From: Camelus dromedarius
Lineage: Eukaryota
Length of the DNA stretch: 64,000 nucleotides
Assembly (NCBI RefSeq): GCF_036321535.1
Contig: NC_087437.1
Span: forward strand, 12,960,001-13,024,000
Direction of reading: 5' to 3'
The notes beneath the pieces are model-generated. The model was not told the origin of the DNA. It saw nothing but the letters and a program-made list of their open reading frames with translations, and did no database searches. Below are positions 25,336 through 36,480 of this stretch, piece by piece; positions within the stretch are counted from its first letter, which is position 1, and each line of letters opens with the position of its first letter. A program made the translations under genes and the position numbers.

Positions 25336-27706
25336 AAAAAACCTTATACCTTCAAAGGCTTTTTACTGCTCATAATTAAATTTAAAACTCTTCAACTAGA
25401 CCTTAATGAGGTGGTCTTTGTCTATATCATCATGTCGTTTAATGAAGGTCATTGAGCCATTGGTAGAAATAGTTCTCTTCCTTGGTCTCCATCTCTCTCA
25501 TTCTTCTGTTGGTCTTCTGCTCCACTAAGAACTGAGCGAGTATGTTCCTCAGGCTTAACCCTCTTCCATAAAGTGCTCACCAAGAAATAAAAATCATCCT
25601 GTAGAGGATGTAAATATATAGTCTTCCATGTCCTCTAGCCATCAGCTTTGTACAGGTTACCTGGCTTCTTTCTTATTCCAAACCCTAGGATATTGTGGTT
25701 TTTCACTTTTTTTTGAGGGTTTTGTGGGGAAGGAAAGAGTGTACTCCTATCCCTTATTTAGCTCTAATTTCATATTTCAAGGGCATAAGGAAATTCCAGA
25801 TGTTCTCCTGTTTGGGCACCCATGAAAAAGCCAGGGTTGTTGCCTGGCTCCTATCTTGTCACAGGTAACCTTCCCAATCATCCCTGCTGTGTTGATCCCC
25901 TGTAATGGTTTTTTGGGGGGTATCAGCAAGGCAGCCAACTTACTGTGTTTTAGAAAGGACATGTGAGGCACGGGTCTCCTGGTCTGTTATCCTTTTAACT
26001 TATCTAGAAGATTTCATCACCTTTCCCTTCTACCACCTCTAGGACTTGGGGACAGCTGTTGTGGCACAGAGATGGGCCAACATCTGAACTTTCTCCTCTT
26101 CTGTTATAATCCTCAGCTCAGATAGTTGGGAGCAAGGGTCTGTTTTGTCTGATAACATATCTATGACATTCATTTTGGTCTTACCCTTGCACTAATTATT
26201 TAAAGAAAAAGCATTAGGTATATTGTTATCTTGCCTACTTTGAGAACTTTTTTTTCCTGGGGATTAGGAGAGGGATGGTAAGATCAGTCCTAAAGGGAAT
26301 AAAGAATATGGGATACATGAGTTAACTCTTCACAATATTATTCTATTACATTTGGAGTCTGACTCACACTCTTGCTTTGCTCTGTCCTGTTTCAATGGAA
26401 CTCTTGGAAAGTTCCACCCTGGCAACCTGCATTGACAAGATCTCTACTCTGCACTCCCAAATGGCATATTCCATTCCTACTTATCCTCCGTGATAACTCT
26501 AGTTTGATTTTGCTATGTCTCTGTTCAAATTTGGACTTTCTGGGGATCATTTCCTTCTTGGAGCTACAGTTTTGTTTATTCCAGAAAACCCCATGAGCCC
26601 TTCAATTTGTCCCTGCTCTTAGTCCCAGCATGCCATGCAGCTGGCACAGCTGGGAAATCTGTACTGTTGTCCTGCTGAGGGATAATTACAGCAATTAAAG
26701 CCTAGACTGGTATTTCAAGGGAGTAGTATTTCCACATCATCGTTAAAATTGGTTCAATTTGCCATGTGATTTGAGTGGTAAACACTTTTCCCAATATTGT
26801 GAATTTCAAAACATCCTATCAGAGCTACAGAAATAGGAAAAATGTATAGCTTATGATAATGCATTTGGCCAGGTTACAAACACCCAGAAAAGTTCTGGTT
26901 TACTGTATAAATAGTATAGAATGGTTCAGCTATCTTGAGGAAGGGATTTGGCAATTTTAGCAGAGCAATAAGAAATACTATTTTAGTAAGTCTGTTAAAA
27001 AACAAAATAAACATAATGGAATAAAAGTTGGAAAGAAAAATAGCAACAAGCAAATCATAGTGATTTCTTTCAAATGACTTGAAGGCAATCAGGATCAAAG
27101 AAGAGTCTTTGGTTCCAACATAATTCAGTCCATCAAAGACTGAACTTTCTTAGATTACATGTAAAACATTCATGGACTGAATTTCCCTTCAGCTGACGCT
27201 TTTCTCCTCCCCATGATCACAATTTAATGGGAAAAAAAGAACAGCTAAGAGACCTCTAGCTAATTATGATCCCAAAGAGCTAATGAGTTCCTCAAAAGCA
27301 TCAAACTTATGAGCCATGGTAATGAGAAAGGAAGAACTAAGTTTTTTTTTCTCCCCTGTTGATTTTATACTAACCAGACCAATAGAAACCCTAGTAAAAA
27401 TTATTTGATATAAGAGAAGAGGATTTTCTTTTAAGTTGCTTCATATATTTCTCTAACTTACTAAGGTAAGTGATAAACTGGAATCCACTTTCTCTGCCAT
27501 AACTTGTTGAGGGTGTTAGCAAGCCACTAGAAACAGGATCTGGAAATTTCAGAATTTAAGAAAATTGGTCAAATTACTTCAAATTGCCTGAAAATTTAGC
27601 TATCTACTTTTTTCCTTATTTGAGCTAATGTTTAGACACAGGGTTTACTGAATCAGATTGTTCTTCAGCAGGAAGTTTCCCAGGCCCCTTTCCTTAACAC
27701 AGCTTG

Positions 27707-28640
27707 TGTCAATCAACTATTGGAACAATAATGTAACAACAACAAAAAAATCAGGAAATCTCAGTGGCACACATAACTATGCATCTACTTAGCTCATGAT
27801 TCTGTGATAGAAAAGAACACATCTTACTCTATGTTAGGTCTGTTCCTTTGGCTTTAACCCTGTGCTCTGTTTCCTGGGCTTAGTCATGCTGGTTCTGCAG
27901 CTTTTGTTAAAAAAAAAAAAGTTGCCTATAGCTTGAAACATACATAAGGATAGCCTATTCTCAAGGTTCTGACCTTTAGAGGTAGAACATTTTCCCATTC
28001 ACATAAAGATAAAAAGTTGCAGAATAGAAAATAACATTTGTCTTGTTGGAGGTTTATGGGGACACCATGACCTGACCCACATGAACAACTGCAGGAACAA
28101 AGGATTCCAACAGCAAGAAGTTTGCAACAACCAACCACAGTCCTTCCCCTTTTTAGTATAAGAGGAGCCTGAATTCTGACTTGGGGAAGATGGTTCTCCA
28201 GGTCTTTAGTATGCCATCTTCTCTGTCTGCAGGCTTTCTGAATGAAGTGGTTATTCCTTGCCTCAACACCTCATCTCCTGATTTACTGGCCTGTCATACA
28301 GTGAGCAGAACGAGTTTGGACTCTGTGAAAATTCGGTGGATAGTCTGGGAGTTACCAACTGAGATGGGGCTTGACTACCTGGCTCTCTCATCCTCCTCTT
28401 GGGATAAACAGACTAGTTTGAGTTCTTCTTATAGAGGGGTCACGACTGCAAGAACATTTGAGTGAAAACATTCAAGACCTCTTAAACCTAGGCTTGTAAC
28501 TGACATTCTGCCTTATCCTGTTAGCCAAACCCAATGTCAAGAGAGAGGAAAATGTATTTTATTTCTTTAACATGAAAAATGGCTGTCACGTGGGAAAAGG
28601 CAAGAATACAGAAAAAATTGAAAACATAGGGCTAACTGCA
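27707..28640 (-). mobile_element. MLT1 LTR split by an ERV1 LTR
   Basis: aaatctcagtggcac...ttagctcatg | caagacctcttaaacctaggcttgtaactgacattctgcc...ttagccaaac. Confidence 0.6.
27803..28330 (+). mobile_element. ERV1-class solo LTR
   Basis: 4-bp TSD ATTC (27799-27802 / 28331-28334), TG start, TATAA at 28157, degenerate polyA signal AATGAA at 28241, and a cagtgagcagaacgagtttggactc end. Confidence 0.8.
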
Positions 28641-28761
28641 CCATCAAACATACAGCTCTTGTGTCATTCAAGTACAAAAGAGGAAGGAAGGAGACTTGAT
28701 AAATACCAAGGATATAAGATGGAGAAAACTCCATTTTTTGATTTATTCATCTATTCATTTA

Positions 28762-29280
28762 CTGTACTAGTTATCTACTGCTACATAACATATTACCCCA
28801 AAACTTAGCAGCTCAAAAAATACACTTTTATAGTCTCACAGTTTCTGTAAGGCAGTAATCACATTTGGCTGGGTCCCTTAGGTTTGAGTCTCTTCCAAGG
28901 TTATAGTCACACCAGGCTTGACTAGAGAGAATCCACTTCCAAGCTTAGTCACGTGTAAGATTTAATTCCTGTGGTCCATTAAACTGTGGCTTCAGTTCTT
29001 CATGACTTGCTGATTGGAGGTCTCTCTCAGTTCCTTTCCATGTGGACCTATCCACAGAACCTCTTAGAGCATGGTAGCAAGCAAGCAGGAACGCAAGAGC
29101 GAATTCTAGCAAGATAGAGAAAAGTCACATGGAAGTCACAGAATGACATCCTATACTGTATTCCATTTGTTAGAAGTAAGTAAGGTCCAGCCGGTGCCCA
29201 AGGGGAGGGGATTCCACAAAGGGCATGAAGACCAAGAGGGCAGAGATCATTGGGAACCATTTCAAAAGCTACTTAATTCA
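28762..29280 (-). mobile_element. MLT1 (E/F-like) solo LTR
   Basis: tgtactagttatctactgctacataacatattaccccaaaacttagcagct...ccaaggggaggggattccacaaagggcatgaagaccaagaggg. Confidence 0.85.
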
Positions 29281-30149
29281 CCAAATCACTCTTAAACTTA
29301 TGGAGCCTCTGCTATGTGCAAAATCTTGGGCTTGGAATGTGTATATACAGAGATGAAGAAATTACAAACTCTGACTTTGAACAGCTTAGTAGATTCAGTG
29401 ACATGATTCTAAGAAACATCCTTCATTGTCCTTATAACATTCTGGATGAGATGTAAGGTCTTTTAGTACCCATCCATATAGTTACTCCCAGATTTTCTCC
29501 ATGTCTATTCTCCAGCCTACCAATTCTATGTGCTGCTAATAGGGCTCCATGTTAATTTTGGTAAATCTAGTCAAAAAAGATCAATCTTTTTTGGATATCA
29601 TAGAGTCTCTTAGAACTTTCAGTATGCCAAACTGTGACTAGAATCTGCTCTATTTCCCCAACATTTTACACATTTACCCATTGAATCCTTTTGCCATGGA
29701 GCATGTCAGGGGACTCAGTTATGGTGAACATACTTTGGGAAAGTACTTTCAACTGAACTTTTGTGACTTTGACTCTTCTCTGCTCTGATCCACCCTCCCT
29801 GAAATCTCCATGCTGTTTCTGTTTGTCCAGGTGTCCTCCCACTCTGATCTCTTTGCCTAGAATGTTCTTTCCTTTACATCATCTGCTTGATTTGAACTGG
29901 ATCCTTAAAAACCCAGCTCAAAAATCACCTTCCCCCAAGATCTTCCCTTGATTTCCCCTTCTCTGTGCTTTAATAGTAACCTCTATACAGTGCTTATCAT
30001 ATGACGTTAATTGTTTGATCCATTTCTCACCTCTCTGTGTCTTACTGAACTACAATCTCCTTGAGGAAAAGGCCCATGAATAGCTCAAGTTCATGGCCCT
30101 GGTGCAAACAAGGTGTCAGACAGGTACCAGCTAACAAAGAAAATAATGT

Positions 30150-30212
30150 TTTTTTTAATTTATTTTATTTAAAAATTTTTTTTACTTTTTTTTTTGGAGG
30201 AGAGGTATGTAT

Positions 30213-30288
<76 letters not shown>

Positions 30289-30369
30289 ATGGAGGTACTG
30301 GGGATTGACCCAAGACCTCATGCATGCTGAGCACACACTCTACCACTGAGCTATACACGAAGTGCCTAC
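30150..30369 (-). mobile_element. Vic-1-like SINE with an expanded (ATTT)19 tract
   Basis: tggaggtactggggattgacccaagacctcatgcatgctgagcacacactctaccactgagctatac. TSD gaaaataatgttttt/gaaaataatgctttt. Confidence 0.88.
30211..30286. repeat. (ATTT)19 tetranucleotide microsatellite
   Basis: Perfect run inside the A-rich region of the SINE. Confidence 0.95.
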
Positions 30370-31200
30370 GAAAATAATGCTTTTTGAATGCTAGAACAAA
30401 TGAATAGTACCTGTTTCTTTTCCACCTATAGTTGACGCTCCTTCTGCATCCTCAGCTCGCTAGCAGTTAGGCTGAGGACATGTGAATTATTCAGGCAAAA
30501 GGGCTATGGAGGTTATAGACTGAGACCATGGAACCACCAATTTGAGCATCCTAGATTCCTATGTCACCACATGGAGAAAAGCTGTTACATAAAACATTAC
30601 ATGAATGAAATAGAAACAAAATGAGTCTTTGCCGTATTAAGCCATCACTAAGATTTCAGAGTTTAGTCTATATTGACTAAGGTACTACGCTAAGACTGGA
30701 AGAAATTTGATGCAGACAGGAGTGCGTAACAAAGACTTAAAAAAAAAATTCAGGAGACCCAAATAAGTGCTAAAGAATTTGCTTTGGGGCTGCCTGAATT
30801 CTTTCTAATTTTGGTCATGAAGAAGCTGCTAGACGCATCTTTTAAAAAGTAAAGATTCTTGAGAAAAACTTGCAGAAGTGCTAGCAATTACTAAGAGATT
30901 TTATATAGAACTACCTAATTTGAGTTATTTTATGCAGGAAAAACTGAAGTATGTGGAAAAGATGACATACTATCCAAGGAAATATACAATGGTTTTATGA
31001 AAAAGAAGCATCTGATACAGCGCCTGCACTGAGCGAATGCCCTGGTGAATTCCTCGGCTCAGCCCGTGTTTTTGCCCAAGCAGCCGAAACTTGAATCCCT
31101 AAGATATTCCTCTTAGGTTGATTTGTTTATAGCTTGAGTGCTGGATGTATAATTCTAAAATGGAGGAAACTTCTTTCTTCTTTTATGGAGAAGTTGGGAA

Positions 31201-31679
31201 ATTTTTTCCAGGTTTATTGAGATATGATTGACATATAACATGTAAATTTAAGGTGTACAATGTAATGATTTGACATTTGTATATATAGCAAAATGATTAC
31301 CACGATATAGTTAACACATCTTCCACTTCACGTAGTTACGAACTGTTTTTTGTGGTGAGGATTTCAAGAATCTACTCTCTTACTAAATTCCAAATATACA
31401 ATACAGTATTGTTAACTATAGTCAGCATGATGTACGTTACATCTCCAAAACTTACTCATCTTATACTGGAGGTTTGGACCCTTCGACCACCTTCATCCAT
31501 TTCTCCCATTCCCCACCCTCAGCCCCTGACAACCACCACTGTGTTCTCTGTTTCTATGCATTTGATTTTTTTAGGTTCCACATTAAGTGAGTTCATACAG
31601 TATTTGTCTGTCTCTGTCTTACCTTACTTAGCATAATGCCCTCCGGTCTCATCCATGTTGTTGCAAATGGCAGGATTTT
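31201..31679 (-). mobile_element. L1MA-type 3' end
   Basis: tttattgagatatgattgacatataac...tacaatacagtattgttaactatagtc...catccatgttgttgcaaatggcaggattt. TSD gagaagttggga/gagaaggtggga. Confidence 0.9.
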
Positions 31680-31929
31680 GAGAAGGTGGGAGTTCAGGGC
31701 TTTGTTTCACAAGGAAAGTGACTGAGCAGGAATCCTGAAAGCTTTGTTTCTCAGTCTAGAGTCTTAGTTTCAAGTAACAGAAACTGACTCTGAGCTGCAA
31801 AGGATTTATTGGGAGGAAACTGTGTAGCCCACAGAGTCAGCGGGAAGGCTGCGGAGCCAGGCTCCAGGATGACTGGGAGACTGCAGGAACAATTTGTAAG
31901 GATGCCTTGTCACCGTATTCTGCTGCAGA

Positions 31930-33900
31930 CCCAAATCCAGAATTAGGGATTAATCCAGTGAGGAAAAATCACCCTGATAAAGGGGATCTAATACAATCAA
32001 CCTGTCACAAGATGGCTGGCGGGTTGCTTTGCCCTCACTCAAGGAGATGGTTTAATATACCTGAGCTTAGAGTTGGTTGCTGCTACTGGCAACTGGAATG
32101 CTCCTCAGTGATTGTGACCGGTTGGTTTTCATGAGGATGTTTCTCTGTCCCTCTTGTCATAGCCACTTAGATCATGAGTTTACTGGCTGAAGACAGAGGC
32201 TGACTGACATACGCTAGATGGATCAATGATTATTAAGAGTTTCCCCCATGGTGGGACTCTGGTGAGGATTCACATGGGGCACACATATCTGGGTCCACGT
32301 TGAGAGGCCCACACACGGACTTCTTCCTCAAACCTCCTTATTCCAGTTCTCTATTCATGATTCACCTAAACTGTCAGCCACTCCCGCTGAGTTGGCTTGA
32401 ACCACACCTTAAACAGTCTTTCCAGCAAAAGTGAACACTGATATGTACTGCTTGTGGTCGGCTCTATTATTTTCCTTAACTGCTCACTCCCCATTCCTAC
32501 TAAAGTTCCGTACACCCTATCCATTGTTGGTGATGAAACTTTTTCTCCTGTAGAGACTGTTGACTAGGCTTTGCCATATGGCCCATTTTGGCCAATGGAA
32601 TGTGACCAGACACAAGACCTGGTATGTCCAGATAAGACATGAGAATGCCCTTGTGAGCTTTGACATGGCCTCCTTTCCTCTGACACAAGAATGCAGTGCC
32701 ATGGACGGTGGCTGTGTTTCATTTTGGATATGAGACTGAGCAGATACGTAGAGCAGAGCTGCAGCCTCTGTTCATCTACCGCCACGTTACACTGAGTGGG
32801 AAACCATCTTTGTTATTACCTATGAGTGAGCACCCATGTTTTGGGGTTGCTTGTTACCGTGACTTACTAGTGAAAGAGAACGGTCCTGTTCAGTCTCCTG
32901 CCCGTGGGGGAACCTCTCTTCCCTGTCCTTCACGGCCCCCACGGGGAGGCCTATGAGGCTTTCCAGAGTCCATTTCCAGGTGGGAGCAGCGCTGTGTGGA
33001 AGAACTGTCTGTAAGTGAAGCTTCATCCTTCCCTCCTCGGACCCTGGGCGGAGGAAGCTCCCCAGAGGCCATCAGTGAGGGAGAAGTGGCAGGAGCCTTG
33101 AGTGAGTAGTCAGCGAGTGTAGACCACTTGCTTAGTCAGATCAGCGCCTTTAAGAGCTGTCTCGGTTAGTTCTCTCTCTCTCTCTCAATACTTATAAATA
33201 TGTATCTGTATTTGAGGTACCTCAGTATTATCAATATATATCAACCATTTGATTACCATTTGTTGGATATGCTTGAGTTTATGGGGATGCCATTAATTAG
33301 GTAGCACTTAATACATGATGTTACATGGAGAAGTTACATGCTCAGTTGGTGTCCCATGGTAAGGTACTGAGTCTTCAATGGGCCCAACAGAAAACCAAAA
33401 GATGTTTTCCAAAAGGCTTGAAAAGGGAATGTTTTCCCCCTAACCCTAGAGGTTGCCACTCCAATCTTACAGAAGCCCCACAGAGTAACAATCGGTCACA
33501 GATCCATCAAGCCCTGTCAGCTCTGCTGGCTCATAAGAGTCAAGCATCAGGGTTGCTGGCACTGCAGCTTGGACCAGCTGGACAATTTCCACCTGCCTTT
33601 AGCCTCACTTCAGTTGACAGCCATTGGATTCAATAGGAAATGGGTTAGAAAAGGACACCAAAGTGTGCTGTATGCGCCTCTAAACTCCAAAGAGGGCCAC
33701 TAAACACTGTGGCTTTTTCTTAATGGCAAGGGGCTCAAAGCGCAGCCAGTTTCTACCACCTGCAGGGGATATCTCATTCTGCCCCAGAGACTAGATCCCA
33801 GAACCTTCGCTGGAGCACTAGGCCCCTGCCTTTCCATGAGATTCACTGTCCTCAGGCTGGAATGTATGTGTCTATCTAAGGAGTCTAAGACACTTTCTGT
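31930..33900 (-). mobile_element. Degraded ERV-L pol (RT thumb/connection, RNase H, start of integrase) in three pieces
   Basis: Frameshifted minus-strand peptides QGPSAPAKVLG, KKKPQCLVALFGV, HFGVLF*PI, QPLG..KPFGKHLLVFCWA, KTQYLTMGHQ, MASGELP..SLTDSS..KWT and NKEV*GR..ICVPHVNPHQ..LNN occur in the same order as in ERV-L Pol. Confidence 0.8.
32480..32875 (+). mobile_element. MLT1 (I/J-like) LTR inserted in the ERV-L pol
   Basis: ttttggccaatggaatgtgaccagac...gagcagagctgcagcc...ttttggggttgcttgttaccg. Confidence 0.75.
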
Positions 33901-34560
33901 TCTCCAGGCCCCAACAGAGTGAACCAGAGGCTTATCATGTTTTAAAAATATTTTTCAGTGAAATTTTTGGCAGATGTTTTGCTATTACCCAATGCCTCTA
34001 AGGGTCATAAAGATACTGTTTAGGAGGTGTAGGCTTCACTTTTAATTTTCTTTAGGTCCTGTGTGATTTCTAATAGGCATGAAGGAAGAAAAATGGAAGA
34101 GAGGAATTATTGTGCAGCTTGACTAATTAGGAATTCAGGAGGAAGAGAGGTACATTAAGTGTGGCTGTGACAGAATTAGTAGCTTTTCTACAGAAGCAGT
34201 CCTGGGTGTATCTGCTTATGGGTTGGCCTGTCCACACACAATATCCAAGCAGGCTATTTAATCTGTGGCAGTGATCTCAGCTTTTGGGGGGATCTTGGAA
34301 CACTTAACAAATCTAATTAAATCTGTAAGCCCTCTACTCAGAAATTTTATAAACATAAAGCTCTCTGAACACATACAAGAGTTTCATCAACTTGTTGAAG
34401 GTCTTCATAGTGGTCTGAAGTCCCAAATTAGAATCCATGCTCCATGAGGCTTGACAGGGATATCTATTTAAATGGGAAATGCTATGGGTGACTTTATAAA
34501 GTTTGGATTAGGAGGCTAGAAATCATTTACTCTCTTGATGATTAAGACTGCTCATTTCTC

Positions 34561-34793
34561 AAGGGATAGACTGGGATTTCAAAATTGTAGAATAGATAAA
34601 TAAGATTATACTGTATAGCACAGGGAAATATACACAAAATGTTATGGTAGCTCACAGAGAAAAAAATGTGACAATGAGTGTGTATATGTCCATGTATGAC
34701 TGAAAAATTGTGCTGAACACTGGAATTTGACACAACATTGTAAAATGACTATAAATCAATAAAAAATGTTAAAAAAAGAAAAAAATAGAAAAA
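34561..34793 (+). mobile_element. Young 5'-truncated L1 (3'UTR + polyA)
   Basis: Perfect 17-bp TSD aagactgctcatttctc (34544-34560 / 34794-34810), TT|AAGA target site, and AATAAA plus an A tail. Confidence 0.95.
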
Positions 34794-36480
34794 AAGACTG
34801 CTCATTTCTCTCAATGATATTAGTTTTTTTTTTTTTTTTATCACTGTCAATGTTTTGCTTATGGGTCCTTCTTTCTGTCCCTGGATTTGATTATTGTAAT
34901 TCTTCATTATGTGTACATTCTTGGGGAGCCAAATACCTAAGGTAAATTCTTTCAATGAAGCCAGATGCTTTTTATTTAGAACCTGACAGATAAAACAATT
35001 TTAGTTCAATTATGGAAAAATAAAATATTTATTTCCCTTTCGGCTAGTTAATATTGAGTACACAAAGTCATTGTGAATTCTGGAAGCCCTGCTGGGTGGT
35101 ATGATATCAATATTGCTCACAAAAATTTTGAGAAAACTTGGTACTGCCAAAATTGGATTGGAATTTATCCTAAAGGGACAAATTGAATAATTTTTCTCTG
35201 CTTTTGCCAATAGTCACATACTTCCTGGAAAATAGCAATATTTAACATTTCATTTATTAGTGGGGATGGGCTGGTAATTCAAATAATTTAATTTCAATAA
35301 ATATTTATGGAGAACTCACTAGGAAGCTTATGGTTCAAGTAAGACCATCAGAATCTTGGTGAAAGGCAAAACTGGCTTTTCAAAAACACAAGAAAGTTGT
35401 GATCGCATAAGCAGCAAACTGAAATGTATCAGAGTTCGAACAATTAGAGAGTAAAGAGGGAGAAGTAAGAACGCTGTTGACCTTGTCGTTAGGGACATGA
35501 CTCTTTAAGAGGCACAGAGATAATTATATTGCAATCTCAGGGGAGGAAGCTTTACCATAGTTCACTATGTACTATGCTATAAACAGCTGAATAATAACAA
35601 TGAAAATATCATCTGTTGTTTTTCAACATTTAGAGTTAAGCGACAGATTAAGTGCAAACATTTAAATGTTTCAGGCCAGAGTGTAAGTATTATCAACCTT
35701 GACAACGGAAAGGTCAAATGATTTCTAACTGAAGTTGAGAAAAAGAAAGAGGGAGAAAATGTGGATGGAAGATAGGTTTGCTAAGATCTGTACCTTACAA
35801 ACGTAGGGAGTAAAGAGATTCTCTCTCTTTACAGGAAAAAGAACTGTTTTATTAATGATCTAAATTTACACAGGTAATCAGTAAAAAAACCTAAAAGTAA
35901 TGACAAGCATGAACATTTTGGAGGTTTGTAATCAAATAATAAATCCTCATCTATCATTGCAATAAGGAAATAATAATATCTAGATTTGATAAATGAAGAG
36001 TTAGTGGTATAACCATATTATTTAAAATGTGGAGACCATCTTTAGAAGAACTCAAAACATAAATTGTTGAAAGCAGTTAACTGAGGGGTGGGGCAGTGGC
36101 TTATTGCTTTTTTGTTCATTAACGTTTGGGATGCATTTAACTTGGCGCATGCTCTCATTTGATAAAAAGATAGACTATTTTTTAAATGAAATAGTAGTGA
36201 AGAGAGAGAAATGGATAAGCCAAGTCTCCTGGCCTGGAAGAAGCTGCTTGCTGTGGTTCCGCTGCTGTGTGACTACGGTAGTGAAGCATGACAAATCATC
36301 CTGGTCTCTCCAGAGTGAAGGGTGGTGCTCACATGGGCTCTTTAATTGACCTACGCAGAGCCTTTCATCCTTTTCAGTTTGATCCTGATAGACTTAACTG
36401 TCAGAGGGCAAGAAAGGTATGTAACCAAGTACATATTCAGGTAGAAAATAAAGCCACAGATAAAACTACTTAAAAATTAG

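Noticed and set aside
30061..30288. ORF with YLFI repeats
   Set aside because: It is the translation of the (ATTT)n microsatellite.
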